Source: an uncultured Planctomycetota bacterium
GTDB taxonomy: Bacteria; Planctomycetota; PLA2; JAEUHO01
Direction: 5' to 3'
DNA: 64,000 nucleotides
NCBI GenBank assembly: GCA_963752285.1
Contig: CAVVXN010000005.1
Span: 2,112,001-2,176,000, forward strand
Part shown: piece by piece, positions 20,281 through 30,367 of the stretch
Layout of the letters: each line of letters begins with the position of its first letter
How positions within the stretch are numbered: the first letter of the stretch is position 1
Notes under the pieces: generated by a model
The model's input: the letters and a program-made list of their open reading frames with translations, nothing else
The model's database searches: none
What the model was told of the DNA's origin: nothing
Program-made: the position numbers and the translations under genes

Positions 20281-21093
20281 ATGTCGGAGGCGAATCTCGT
20301 CGCCCGCTGCTCCGCCTGTGGCCGGGAGGCGCCGCGCGAGGAGATGTTCGGGCTGGAGCCCGACCTCCTCTGCGACCGATGCGCCCAGCGGGTACGGGAG
20401 CGGCTCCGTCCGAGCGCCCCCGGCCGCCTCGCGAACGTCTTCGCGGGGGGGCCGACGCCCGTCACGGCGATCCTCCTCGGGGCGGCGATCGCCCTCTTCG
20501 CCATCCAGAACCTCGAGAACCCCGTCCCCCGCTGGCTCGGGCTGCTCCTCCCCTACGGGCGCACGGGCGACATCGCGACGGGCCAGGCGTGGCGGCTCGT
20601 CAGCTCGGCGCTGCTCCACGGGGGCTTCCTCCACATCCTCTTCGACGGCATGTGGTTCTGGGCCCTCGGCCGGGCCGTCGAGGGGACGCGCGGCTCCGGG
20701 GCGTTCCTCTGGATCTTCGTCGCGAGCGCCACCTTCTCGTCCGCTGCGCAGTGGTACGCCCTCCCCGGCGGCGGGATCGGTCTCTCGGGCGTCCTCTACG
20801 CGCTCGCGGGCTACCTCTGGATGCGCCGGCGGGTGGACGCGGTGGCGGCGAGCGCCATGAACCCGTCCACCGCGCGGATGCTCGGCGCGTGGCTCGTGAT
20901 CTGCTTCGTGCTCCCGATGAACATCGGGAACTGGGCGCACACCGGCGGCCTCGCCTGGGGGCTCGGCGCCGGCTGGCTCTCCCACCAGCGCCCGGCGGTC
21001 CGCTGGCCGGGAACCGCGGTCCTCGCCCTCGCGACGCTGGCGGCGGCCTACTGGGTCTCGACCGGTCACTCCGTCCGGGGCATGGTCGCCTGA
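20281..21093 (+). CDS. Rhomboid intramembrane protease with N-terminal CxxC..CxxC
   Basis: WRLVSSALLH, GLSG catalytic Ser, NWAHTGG His. Confidence 0.9.
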   Translation: MSEANLVARCSACGREAPREEMFGLEPDLLCDRCAQRVRERLRPSAPGRLANVFAGGPTPVTAILLGAAIALFAIQNLENPVPRWLGLLLPYGRTGDIATGQAWRLVSSALLHGGFLHILFDGMWFWALGRAVEGTRGSGAFLWIFVASATFSSAAQWYALPGGGIGLSGVLYALAGYLWMRRRVDAVAASAMNPSTARMLGAWLVICFVLPMNIGNWAHTGGLAWGLGAGWLSHQRPAVRWPGTAVLALATLAAAYWVSTGHSVRGMVA

Positions 21094-21117
21094 GCCCCGC
21101 CGGGCCGGCGGGCGGCC

Positions 21118-21975
21118 TCAGGCCTTCGCATACTCGTAGAAGCCCCGGCCGCTCTTCCGGCCGAGACGGCCCGCGTGGACCATCTTCTTGAGCAACGGGG
21201 ACGGCCGGTACTTCGCGTCGCCGAGTTCCCGGTGGAGCACCTCCATGATCGCGAGGCACACGTCGAGCCCGATCAGGTCGGCCAGCGCGAGGGGCCCCAT
21301 CGGGTGGTTCATGCCGAGCTTCATGATCTCGTCGATGTTCTCGGGCTCGGCCACGCCCTCCATCACGCAGGTCACGGCCTCGTTGATCATGGGCATCAGG
21401 ATGCGGTTGCTGACGAAGCCGGGGTAGTCGTTCGCGACGACCGGCGTCTTGCCGAGCGCCAGGGTCGCGGCGCGGACCCGCTCGTACGTCTCGTCGCTCG
21501 TCTGGAGGCCGCGCACGATCTCGACCAGGCGCATGAGGGGCACCGGGTTCATGAAGTGCATGCCGATGAACCGGTCCGGCCGCGCGGTCGCCGCGGCGAG
21601 CTCGGTGATCCAGATGCTCGAGGTGTTCGTGGCCAGGATCGACGTCTCGGAGAGGACCCGGTCGAGCGCCGCGAGGGCCGCCTTCTTGGCGTCCGCGTTC
21701 TCGTAGATCGCCTCGACGACGAGGTCGCAGCCGGAGAAGTCGTCCCAACCCGGGGCCCGCGCGATCCGCCCGTACGCCGCCTCCGCGTCGGCCGGGGCGA
21801 TCTTCTGCTTCTCCACGAGCTTCCCGAGGCTCTTCTGGACGCCCTTCAGGCCCCGGACGAGCGCGGCGGGGTCGGCGTCGTGGATCACGACGGGCGTCCC
21901 CGCCTGCGCGAAGACCTGCGCGATCCCCGAGCCCATCGTCCCCGCACCGACCACGCCGACCCGCTTGAAGTCCAT
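21118..21975 (-). CDS. hbd: 3-hydroxybutyryl-CoA dehydrogenase
   Basis: [38 protein letters not shown]; start may be 22017. Confidence 0.93.
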   Translation of the reverse strand: MDFKRVGVVGAGTMGSGIAQVFAQAGTPVVIHDADPAALVRGLKGVQKSLGKLVEKQKIAPADAEAAYGRIARAPGWDDFSGCDLVVEAIYENADAKKAALAALDRVLSETSILATNTSSIWITELAAATARPDRFIGMHFMNPVPLMRLVEIVRGLQTSDETYERVRAATLALGKTPVVANDYPGFVSNRILMPMINEAVTCVMEGVAEPENIDEIMKLGMNHPMGPLALADLIGLDVCLAIMEVLHRELGDAKYRPSPLLKKMVHAGRLGRKSGRGFYEYAKA

Positions 21976-22031
21976 CGTCCGGCTCCTCGTCGCCTCCGCC
22001 GCCTGGGCCCCGCTCATCGTGTCCCCCTCCC

Positions 22032-23210
22032 TCACCGCTCGACCGCGAGGGCGACCGCGTTCCCGCCGCCGAGGCAGAGGGAGGCGAAGCCCCTGTGCGC
22101 GTCCTGGTGCTTCATGGCGTAGAGCAGGGTCGTCAGGATGCGCGCGCCGCTCGCCCCGATCGGGTGGCCGAGCGCGACCGCCCCGCCGTTGACGTTGGTC
22201 CGCTCGGGACGGAGGCCGACCTCCTTGGTGACGCCGCAGGCCGCCGAGGCGAAGGCCTCGTTCAGCTCGACGAGGTCGAAGTCCCCGACCTTCAGGCCCG
22301 TCTTCTCGACGAGCTTCTGGATCGCGATGACCGGAGCGTACATGACCCACTTCGGCTCGGTGCCGCCGGTCGTGTAGGCGGTGATCCTGGCGAGGGGCTC
22401 GAGGCCGCGGCGCTTCGCCTCGTCGGCGCTCATGATCACGAGGGCGGACGCGCCGTCGCTGATCTGCGAGGCGTTGCCCGGCGTGACGGTGCCGTCCTTC
22501 TTGAACGCGGGGCGGAGCTTCCCGAGGGCGGCGGCCGTGACGTCGGCGCGGATCCCCTCGTCCTCCTTCACGATCGTGACGTTGCCCTTCCGGTCCTTCA
22601 CCTCGACGGGGACGATCTCGTCCTGGAAGCGCCCCTCCCTCGTGGCCTCGGCGGCCCGGCGGTGGCTCTCTGCGGAGAACGCGTCCATGTCCTCGCGCGT
22701 CACGTGGCAGCGCTCGGCGATCAGCTCGCCGGTGATGCCCATGTGGAAGTCGTTGTAGATGTCCCAGAGCCCGTCGTGGACCATCGAGTCCACGAGCTTT
22801 CCGTCGCCGAGTCGGAGCCCGTCGCGGACGCCGCGCGCGAGGTAGGGCGCGTTCGTCATGCTCTCCTGGCCGCCGGCCACGATCACCTTCGCCTCGCCCA
22901 GCCGGATCTCGTTGGCCGCGAGCATCACGGACTTCAAGCCCGAGCCGCAGACCTTGTTGACGGTGAAGGCGCCGACCGAGTCCGGGATCCCGGCGCCGAG
23001 CTGGGCCTGGCGGGCGGGGTTCTGTCCGAGCCCGGCCTGGAGCACGGTGCCCATGATGACCTCGTCCACGTCCTTCGGATCGACCTTCGCGCGCCGGAGC
23101 GCCTCCCGGATCGCGAGGCTTCCGAGCTGGGGCGACGTGAACGAGGCGAGCCCGCCCTGGAAGCGCCCGATCGGCGTGCGGCAGGCGGAGACGATGACGG
23201 CGTCCGGCAT
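22032..23210 (-). CDS. Acetyl-CoA C-acetyltransferase (thiolase)
   Basis: [25 protein letters not shown]. Confidence 0.96.
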   Translation of the reverse strand: MPDAVIVSACRTPIGRFQGGLASFTSPQLGSLAIREALRRAKVDPKDVDEVIMGTVLQAGLGQNPARQAQLGAGIPDSVGAFTVNKVCGSGLKSVMLAANEIRLGEAKVIVAGGQESMTNAPYLARGVRDGLRLGDGKLVDSMVHDGLWDIYNDFHMGITGELIAERCHVTREDMDAFSAESHRRAAEATREGRFQDEIVPVEVKDRKGNVTIVKEDEGIRADVTAAALGKLRPAFKKDGTVTPGNASQISDGASALVIMSADEAKRRGLEPLARITAYTTGGTEPKWVMYAPVIAIQKLVEKTGLKVGDFDLVELNEAFASAACGVTKEVGLRPERTNVNGGAVALGHPIGASGARILTTLLYAMKHQDAHRGFASLCLGGGNAVALAVER

Positions 23211-23391
23211 GGGTCCACTCCGGGTACGGGAAGGAGACGAGCACGGCGGCGTTCGAGGGGAACGCGAGCCCGACGACCCGCGATTCTACGGATCGCGGGC
23301 GATCGCCCGAACCCCTGCGCGAGCGTCCGGTCCCGTCCGGTGGGCGCCCGCGCGGTCCACGGTGCCGACCGGTCCGGGCCGCCGGGGACGA

Positions 23392-23946
23392 CTACTCGAA
23401 GCGCGTGTGGATGCGCGCCAGGTCGCGCTCGGTGAGGTCGAGCGCGTCCATCAGGTCCACGACCACCTGGTCGAGCACCAGCAGCAGGGCCTGCTCGTAC
23501 AGGGAGCCGAGCGGGAGGTACGGCTCCGCGCGGCGCTTGCGGGCCTCGACGACCGCGCGGTCGTCGATGCCGAGCACGACGTCGGCGGCGCGGGCGGCGC
23601 GGCTCTGCCGGTTGGCCGTGACGATGACGACCCGCGCGTGCGCCGCGCGGGCGATCTCGATGTAGAACGAGAGGATCGGCGACGCGCCCGTCCGGGACCC
23701 GATCACGAGGACGTCGCCCTGGCGAATCGCGGGCGTGATGACGTCACCGACGTGGTAGACGCGGCGGCCGAGGTGCATCAGGCGCATCGCGAAGCCGCGC
23801 ATCATGAGACCGGTGCGGCCGAGGCCGGTCACGAAGGCGCGATTCGACTCGAGGATCTCCTTCTCGAAGGACGCGATCTCGCGCGCCTTGACGCCTCCGA
23901 GCACGCGGACGAGGTCCTGGGCCGCCTCTTCGAGCCGTCGCATCAT
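23392..23946 (-). CDS. SIS-domain sugar-phosphate isomerase (6-phospho-3-hexuloisomerase-like)
   Basis: G.GRTGLMMRGFAMRLMHLG, PLGSLYEQ, H..FE C-terminus typical of HxlB. Confidence 0.85.
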   Translation of the reverse strand: MMRRLEEAAQDLVRVLGGVKAREIASFEKEILESNRAFVTGLGRTGLMMRGFAMRLMHLGRRVYHVGDVITPAIRQGDVLVIGSRTGASPILSFYIEIARAAHARVVIVTANRQSRAARAADVVLGIDDRAVVEARKRRAEPYLPLGSLYEQALLLVLDQVVVDLMDALDLTERDLARIHTRFE

Positions 23947-23964
23947 GGAGCGCCTCCCGCCTCG

Positions 23965-24813
23965 TCAGTCTTCGAAGACCAGGGTGTCGAGCGGGAAGAG
24001 ACAACCGTCCGTGCAGCAGAGGCGGTACTGGACGCTCCCGTCGGGCTGGCGCTGCTTCAGGTTGCAGCCGAAGCACACGCCGAAGCCGCAGCCCATGTAC
24101 TCCTCGGTGGCCGCCTCGCACGCGATGTGGCGGGGACCCAGGCGGTCCTGCAGCGCGCGGAACATGGATACCGGCCCGCAGGCGAACACGTAGTCGCCGG
24201 GGGTCAGCCGGCCGCGCTCGATCAGCTCGTCCACGAGGTCGGTCACGAGGCCCTTCCGCCCGACGGAACCGTCATCGGTGGTCACGAGGACCCGGCAGCC
24301 GTGGGGCGCGGCCTCGTCGGTCGGGACGCAGTGGTCGGCGTCCCGGGCGCCGTAGCAGACGGTGACGTCGCGCATCCCCTCCTCGTGGAGGTGCTCCGCC
24401 ACGATCTTGACGGGCCCGACGCCGACGCCCCCCGCCACGAGGACCGCGCGGCGCGCCGCGTCGGGGACGTGGATGGAGTTCCCGAGGGGCCCCACGAAGT
24501 CGATCTTCTGGCGGGCCCGCATCTGGCTGAGCTGGAGGGTGCCCGGGCCGATCACGTCGTAGAGGACGCAGAAGCCCGTCGCGGCGCCGGCGTGGCGGAT
24601 CACCCGGTGGACCGACATCGGGCGCCGGAGCAGCGGCACGATCGAGTCCGAGGTCCTGAGGTTCACGAAGTGGCCCGGCCGGATCGCGGGCGCGACCTCG
24701 GGGGCGTGGACCTTCATGATCCAGGTCGCGGGGGCGATCCGGCGGTTCTCGAGGATCTCCGCGACGAGCTGGCGGGCGTGGCCCGGTGCCTTTGTCGTGG
24801 CCGGAGGCGCCAT
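23965..24813 (-). CDS. pyrK: Dihydroorotate dehydrogenase electron-transfer subunit
   Basis: LRRPMS, GPLGN, AGGVGVGP, ACGP, MGCGFGVCFGC...C.DG. Confidence 0.85.
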   Translation of the reverse strand: MAPPATTKAPGHARQLVAEILENRRIAPATWIMKVHAPEVAPAIRPGHFVNLRTSDSIVPLLRRPMSVHRVIRHAGAATGFCVLYDVIGPGTLQLSQMRARQKIDFVGPLGNSIHVPDAARRAVLVAGGVGVGPVKIVAEHLHEEGMRDVTVCYGARDADHCVPTDEAAPHGCRVLVTTDDGSVGRKGLVTDLVDELIERGRLTPGDYVFACGPVSMFRALQDRLGPRHIACEAATEEYMGCGFGVCFGCNLKQRQPDGSVQYRLCCTDGCLFPLDTLVFED

Positions 24814-24937
24814 GGGGCCAGACGATACCCCGGGCGGGCCCCGCTCGGGGGATTCGCCCACGCGCCGCGCGGTCCACGCAGGGGTCGGGCACTGTCCGTT
24901 CTGGCCGGACCTCGGGTCCGCGCCTTCAATGCCCGGC

Positions 24938-25960
24938 ATGGAGTACGTCCCCAAGGCCTGCGGCTTCGTCCTCGTCCGCGAGGGAAACGAGGGGTGGGAG
25001 TACCTGCTCCTCACGAACGCGAAGCACGGCACGCCGGGGCTACCGAAGGGCCACGTCCAAGAGGGGGAAACGGAGATGGAGACGGCCCTCCGCGAAGCGC
25101 GCGAGGAGACCGGGCTCCCGATCCTCCGCCCGGATCCCTGGTTCCGCACCGAGCTCCGCTACCCGGTCACGCGGAACGGGCGCGCCTACGAGAAGACGGT
25201 CGTGTTGTTCGTCGCCCGAACGGGGCACGAGGACGTGCTCCTCTCGGACGAGCACGCGGCGTACGCGTGGCTCCCGCTCTACGACGCGCTCCAGGGCCTG
25301 CCCTTCGAGAACGTCCGGCGCGCGGTACGCGAGGCAGCGCTCTTCCTGAAGGACGCCGTGCTCTTCGAGGTCGAACCGGCCTCGGCGGTCGATGCGGAGG
25401 AGCACCTGAAGACCCTCCCGGGAGCGAACGAGGACCTGCTCGCGCACGTCCGCGGGGGCGCGGTCCTCGCGCGGGCCTTCGCGCGGCAGCTCATGGCCGC
25501 GGGACGGCGGGTGCACGAGGAGGCGACCGCGGCGGGCGCGCTGCTCCACGACGCGGGGCGATTCCTCGGCCGGCACCGCGACCACCAGCTCGCGGGCCTC
25601 GAGCACCTGCGGTCTACGGCGCTCGCGCCCTACGGCTTCGCGTGCATCTCGCACTTCACGAAGGGCGCGCTCCCCGAGGAGCTGGCGCGCGCCGGCGTGG
25701 ACGAGGAGACCCTCGCCGCGTTCCGCCGGGGGGTGGACCTCTCGACCCTCACGTGGGAGGAGCACTGCGTGGCCCTCGCGGACGCCTGCATGCGCCAGGG
25801 CGATCCGACGCCGCCGCGGGTGCGCTTCGAGGACCTGCGGAAGCGCTACGACAGTCCCGCGATCGTGGACCTCCAGGAGCGACGCACGGACGCCATCCGC
25901 CGGACGATCGAGGCCGCGAGCGGCGAGGACCCGCTGAAGCTCGTGGGCCTGGCGGGCTGA
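24938..25960 (+). CDS. NUDIX hydrolase (Ap4A-hydrolase-like) fused to HD domain
   Basis: PKGHVQEGETEMETALREAREETGL Nudix box, LSDEH; then H...ALLHDAGR...H...H...ALAD. Confidence 0.85.
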   Translation: MEYVPKACGFVLVREGNEGWEYLLLTNAKHGTPGLPKGHVQEGETEMETALREAREETGLPILRPDPWFRTELRYPVTRNGRAYEKTVVLFVARTGHEDVLLSDEHAAYAWLPLYDALQGLPFENVRRAVREAALFLKDAVLFEVEPASAVDAEEHLKTLPGANEDLLAHVRGGAVLARAFARQLMAAGRRVHEEATAAGALLHDAGRFLGRHRDHQLAGLEHLRSTALAPYGFACISHFTKGALPEELARAGVDEETLAAFRRGVDLSTLTWEEHCVALADACMRQGDPTPPRVRFEDLRKRYDSPAIVDLQERRTDAIRRTIEAASGEDPLKLVGLAG

Positions 25961-25980
25961 GGGGCCCCGGAGCGCAAGCG

Positions 25981-26541
25981 CTATCGATCCGAGGGCCCCT
26001 CTGCGTCCTCGGGGGCGACGACGGTCTGGGTAACGCCCGCGTCCCAGAACGCGTCCTGGACGAACGAGACGACCTCCGGCGCGGAGCTCATCGCGCCTCC
26101 GAGCGCGTGGATCACGCCGATGCTCTTGGCGGGGTCCTCGGCGCGGATCGCCTTCACGGCCTCCGCGAAGGACCGGGACACGCTCTCGTACTCGGGCTGG
26201 AGCCGGTTCCAGATGCCGTGGGCCTCGATCAGCTGGGTGTCGGGCGCGGGGTGGGCGAGGAGCCACTCGGTGCGGCCGAGGGTCAGGCGCGCGACGGGGA
26301 GCTGACCGGGCTTCGGCGGGATCGGCTCGAGCACGACCACGATCGCCTGCTCGGGCGCCACCTCCTCGTAGCGAAGGGGCCGGGGGAGCTTCGGGACGTG
26401 GTCCGCGCGGTCGCCGCGGGGTGAGAGCACGAGCTGGTCGAGGAGGACGAGGACCACCAGGGCCGCGCCGACACCCAGGAAGACCGTCCACCCGGTCCCC
26501 AGCCGGCGGCGCGGTCGCGGCACTCTCGGCACGAGTCCCAT
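25981..26541 (-). CDS. Hypothetical single-pass membrane protein (weakly ExbD-like)
   Basis: N-terminal TM helix; C-terminal V..VQDA...AG pattern. Confidence 0.5.
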   Translation of the reverse strand: MGLVPRVPRPRRRLGTGWTVFLGVGAALVVLVLLDQLVLSPRGDRADHVPKLPRPLRYEEVAPEQAIVVVLEPIPPKPGQLPVARLTLGRTEWLLAHPAPDTQLIEAHGIWNRLQPEYESVSRSFAEAVKAIRAEDPAKSIGVIHALGGAMSSAPEVVSFVQDAFWDAGVTQTVVAPEDAEGPSDR

Positions 26542-26694
26542 GCTGGCCGGGCGGGCCCGCTCCGGCAAGCGCACAGGCGGCCCTTGGCGGGCGGGCTGCG
26601 GTGGGCGCGACGCCGGGGCGCCGGGCGCCGCGGGGGATGGACGAGCGTCGGGTTGTACGATCGCGGCCCCGCGCGTCCGGGGTGGGGCGCGCGG

Positions 26695-28479
26695 GTGGTC
26701 GATCCCGTGGCGCCTCCGGCGGAGGGGCCCGATCCCGAGGTGCTCGTGAAGACCTTTCGTGCCGACGCGGTGGCGCTCCTCGCAGGCGCGTCCGGGCTGA
26801 GCGTGGAGCGGGTGGCGGGCCTCCTCGAGGAGGCGCCCCCCGAACGGGGCACGTTCGCGCTCCCGTGCTTCACCCTGTCGAAGGAGCGCCGGATGGCGCC
26901 CCAGAGGATCGCGACCGAGGTGGCCGCGGCCGCGCGGCCCTCGGGCCGCATCCGCGAGGTCCGCGCGGACGGGCCCTACGTGAACGTGGCCGTCGACCCG
27001 ACGGCGCTCGCGAGGGACACCCTCGGTCTCGTGCAGCACGAGGGGCGCGCGTTCGGAGGGAGCGACGAGGGACGCGGCCGGACCGTGGTCGTGGACTACT
27101 CGAGCCCCAACGTGGCGAAGCCCCTCGCGTTCCACCACCTGCGGTCCACGATGATCGGACACAGCCTCTGCGCGATCTATCGCGCCGGCGGGTGGCGGGT
27201 CGTGGGCGTGAACCACCTCGGAGACTGGGGCACGGGCTTCGGGAAGCTCCTGCTCGCGTGGGAGCGACACGGGGACGAGGCCGATCTCGCCGAACTCTCG
27301 CCCGGGGCGCTGAACGCGCTCTACGTCCGGATCAACCGGGAGATCGAGGAGGAGCGGAAGGCGGGGAGCACGGCGCTGGAGGAGGCCGCACGGGCCTGGT
27401 TCAAGCGCCTGGAGGACGGCGACGCGGATGCGCGGCGGCTCTGGCGCCGGTTCACGGAGATCAGCCGGGCGGAGTTCGATGCGGTCTACCGGCTTCTCGG
27501 GGTCGAGTTCGACCACGTCTGGGGGGAGTCGCACTACGAGGACCGCATGGACGCGGTCTTGGAGATGCTCCGGGACAAGGGGCTCCTCGAGACGAGCGAG
27601 GGGGCCGAGGTCGTGCGGCTGGACGGCGACGGGATGCCCCCGTGCCTGATCCGGAAGGCCGACGGGGCGACGCTGTACGCGACGCGGGATCTCGCAGCGG
27701 CGATGCTCCGGCACGAGGCCTTCCAGTTCGACCGGGCCCTCTACGTGACGGACCGCGGGCAGGCCCTTCACTTCCGGCAGCTCGTGCGCGTGCTCGAGAT
27801 GGCCGGCCTTTCGTGGGCGTCGTCCATCCGGCACGTCCCGTTCGGGGTCATCCGGATGGGCGGGAAGCGCGCGAAGACCCGGGAGGGGTCGGTCGTGCTC
27901 CTCGCGGACGTCCTCGAGGCCGCGATCCAGAAGGTGAGGGGCCTGATCTCGGAGAAGAACCCGGGGCTTTGCGACGCCGAGGGCGTGGCGGAGGACGTCG
28001 GGGTGGGCGCGGTCGTGTTCAACGACCTGAAGAACCGGCGGGAGACGGACATCGACTTCGACCTCGACCAGGTCGTGTCCTTCGAGGGCAAGACGGGTCC
28101 CTACGTGATGTACAGCCACGCGCGGGCGTGCTCGATCCTCCAGAAAGCCGGGGAGGCGGTGCGCCCCGCGGACCGGGTCCAGGCCGAGCTGCTCTCGGAC
28201 CCGACGGAGGAGATGCTGGTGCGCCTCGTGGCCTTCTTCCCCGAGCGCGTGGACCAGGCGCGCGAGAAGGACGAGCCGAGCGAGGTGGCGCGTCACCTCC
28301 TCGAGCTCTGCGAGGCGTTCCACGCGTACCACACGAAGGGTGGGCGGGACCGCACGCTCCGGGTCCTCGCAGAGGACGCGGAGACGCGGGCGGCGAGGCT
28401 CGTCCTCACGGACGCCGTGCGGCAGACGCTCGCGAGCGGGCTCGGACTCCTCGGGATCAAGGCGCCGGCCGCGATGTGA
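26695..28479 (+). CDS. argS: Arginine--tRNA ligase (start uncertain)
   Basis: VDYSSPNVAKPLAFHHLRST, NHLGDWGT, YATRDLA, FEGKTGPYVMYSHAR, LGIKAPAAM. Confidence 0.95.
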   Translation: MVDPVAPPAEGPDPEVLVKTFRADAVALLAGASGLSVERVAGLLEEAPPERGTFALPCFTLSKERRMAPQRIATEVAAAARPSGRIREVRADGPYVNVAVDPTALARDTLGLVQHEGRAFGGSDEGRGRTVVVDYSSPNVAKPLAFHHLRSTMIGHSLCAIYRAGGWRVVGVNHLGDWGTGFGKLLLAWERHGDEADLAELSPGALNALYVRINREIEEERKAGSTALEEAARAWFKRLEDGDADARRLWRRFTEISRAEFDAVYRLLGVEFDHVWGESHYEDRMDAVLEMLRDKGLLETSEGAEVVRLDGDGMPPCLIRKADGATLYATRDLAAAMLRHEAFQFDRALYVTDRGQALHFRQLVRVLEMAGLSWASSIRHVPFGVIRMGGKRAKTREGSVVLLADVLEAAIQKVRGLISEKNPGLCDAEGVAEDVGVGAVVFNDLKNRRETDIDFDLDQVVSFEGKTGPYVMYSHARACSILQKAGEAVRPADRVQAELLSDPTEEMLVRLVAFFPERVDQAREKDEPSEVARHLLELCEAFHAYHTKGGRDRTLRVLAEDAETRAARLVLTDAVRQTLASGLGLLGIKAPAAM

Positions 28480-28525
28480 TGGGGTCTCAGCCCGGGGTCG
28501 GCGGGGAGCGCGGGGACGCCGCGCG

Positions 28526-28924
28526 TCAGCGCAGTGTCGAGATGTAGGCCTCGAGGGCGTTCAGGTCGTCGCTCCCGAGGTCGGGCGCCTTGCCCCTCGC
28601 CTTCTCCTCGATCATCTCGCGCATCTTCTGCTGGCCGGTGATGACTCTGTCCGCGTCCGGGTCGTACTTCGGGTACTCCTTCAGGCGGACCGAGCGCATC
28701 CGGTTGGGGCCCTGGCCGTGGCACTGGATGCACGCCTTCTGGCCTTCGACCCAGGGCTTGGACCAGAGGTCCCGGCCGTGCTCGACGGCGTCGTTGAGCT
28801 TCTTGCGGGCGACCTCGGGAGAGACGCGGGGATTGTCGCCCCGGGCAGCGCGCACGAAGAGCACGGCGCCAAGGAGCCCGGCCGCGAGCGGGACGGCGAG
28901 GACGAGAAGGGTAGAGCGGGTCAT
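28526..28924 (-). CDS. Exported mono-heme cytochrome c
   Basis: Signal peptide and CIQCH heme-binding motif. Confidence 0.8.
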   Translation of the reverse strand: MTRSTLLVLAVPLAAGLLGAVLFVRAARGDNPRVSPEVARKKLNDAVEHGRDLWSKPWVEGQKACIQCHGQGPNRMRSVRLKEYPKYDPDADRVITGQQKMREMIEEKARGKAPDLGSDDLNALEAYISTLR

Positions 28925-29110
28925 GGGGACCTCCGGGGGGGCGGCACCGGCTTGCGAGGGGGAGGATCATAGGCGGGGGGGAGCGGGACCGAGGAGCGGG
29001 ACCCTGGCCCCCCCGGCCCGCGGCCAACGCTTCGGGCCAGGTACGCCCTCCGGTGCTACCTTCAGCCGTTTCCCGGCGCTCGCGGCCTACCGCGCGCCAG
29101 GCCCCCTCCC

Positions 29111-30367
29111 ATGCACTTCCACGGCACCGAGCCCGCCCAGGCCCTCCTCCCGCGCCCCCCGGCCGCGGCCGGGGCCCCCGTGCGCGTGGCCGAGGAGGGC
29201 GCCCCGCCCGGTACCCGGCGGCGGCTAAGGCTCCAGTTCCTCCGGGCCCTGCTTCGCGCTCTCTCGGACGACCAGACCTACGATCTCCGCCGGAACCCGA
29301 GCCTCGGGGTGGGCTTCCTGATGGCGATCCCGATCCCGGTGATCGCGTGGGCGGCGGGCTCCCCGGCCTGGCTCATGTGCCTCTCCCTGCCCGCCCCGCT
29401 CTTCTGGGCGGTGGTGGTCGGCGCGGCGGGGCGGGTCGGGATGAAGGCGGTCGAGCAGACGGAGAGGCTCCGGCACGAGATCGAGAAGACCCGGGTTCAG
29501 GCGCTCGCGGCGCAGGAGACCTACGAGGTCGCGCTCGACGAGGAGGTGCAGCGTCGCCGGGCGCTCGAGGTTCGAGAGCAGGAGGTCCTCTCCGAGCTCA
29601 AGCTTGCGGAAACCGTCCACCGCACGCTCGTGCCCGCGAGCCTCCAGCGGGAGGACGTCGAGGTCGCGGTCCGGCACATCCCGACGGAATTCGTCGGGGG
29701 CGACTACCTCTTCTCCGCCGTCGTGGACGACCGCTATCTCTATCTCGCGATCGGGGACGTCTCGGGCCACGGCGTGGCCGCGGCCCTGGTGGTGGCCCGG
29801 ATCCACGGGTTGATCCGCCGGCTGACGCTGGAGAACCGGTCTCGTCCCGTGACGATTCTCGAGCGCCTGAACCGGGCCACGGTCCAGATCTTCGAACGCA
29901 CCTACTTCTTCATGACCTTCGCGGTCTTCCGGCTGGACCTGCGCACGGGGCGCCTTCGGTACGCAACGGCCGGGCATCCCGCCCAGGCCCTCCTCCGGGC
30001 GAACGGCCGGGTCGAGCTCCTTCGCACGCCGAACCGCTTGCTCGGGATCGACAGCGACATCTTCGACGCCGCGCGTCCGTCGGACCACGTGGACCTCGCG
30101 CCGGGTGACAGCCTCGTGCTCTTCACCGATGGGCTCTTCGAGATCCTCAGCGGGAAGGACGGCCGGGTGCTGGGCGAGCAGGGCCTCCACGAGCGCATCG
30201 CGTCGCTCTCGGGGCTCACGCCGGCCCTGATCGCAGGCGAGATCCTGCAGGATCTCGCCGACTTCCAGGGCCGCTCGAAGTTCCCGGACGACGTGTCTCT
30301 GATGGTCGCGACCTACCGGGGCCCCGTGACCGAGACGCCGACCGACGTGGACGACCGCGAACCCTGA
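29111..30367 (+). CDS. Membrane-anchored PP2C/SpoIIE-family phosphatase
   Basis: Two TM helices, coiled coil, VGGDY, GDVSGHG, AGHP, FTDGL, DDVS. Confidence 0.9.
   Translation: MHFHGTEPAQALLPRPPAAAGAPVRVAEEGAPPGTRRRLRLQFLRALLRALSDDQTYDLRRNPSLGVGFLMAIPIPVIAWAAGSPAWLMCLSLPAPLFWAVVVGAAGRVGMKAVEQTERLRHEIEKTRVQALAAQETYEVALDEEVQRRRALEVREQEVLSELKLAETVHRTLVPASLQREDVEVAVRHIPTEFVGGDYLFSAVVDDRYLYLAIGDVSGHGVAAALVVARIHGLIRRLTLENRSRPVTILERLNRATVQIFERTYFFMTFAVFRLDLRTGRLRYATAGHPAQALLRANGRVELLRTPNRLLGIDSDIFDAARPSDHVDLAPGDSLVLFTDGLFEILSGKDGRVLGEQGLHERIASLSGLTPALIAGEILQDLADFQGRSKFPDDVSLMVATYRGPVTETPTDVDDREP

Noticed and set aside
22858..26424. 1188-aa ORF and other long Arg/Pro/Gly-rich ORFs
   Set aside because: Off-frame or antisense shadows overlapping well-supported genes
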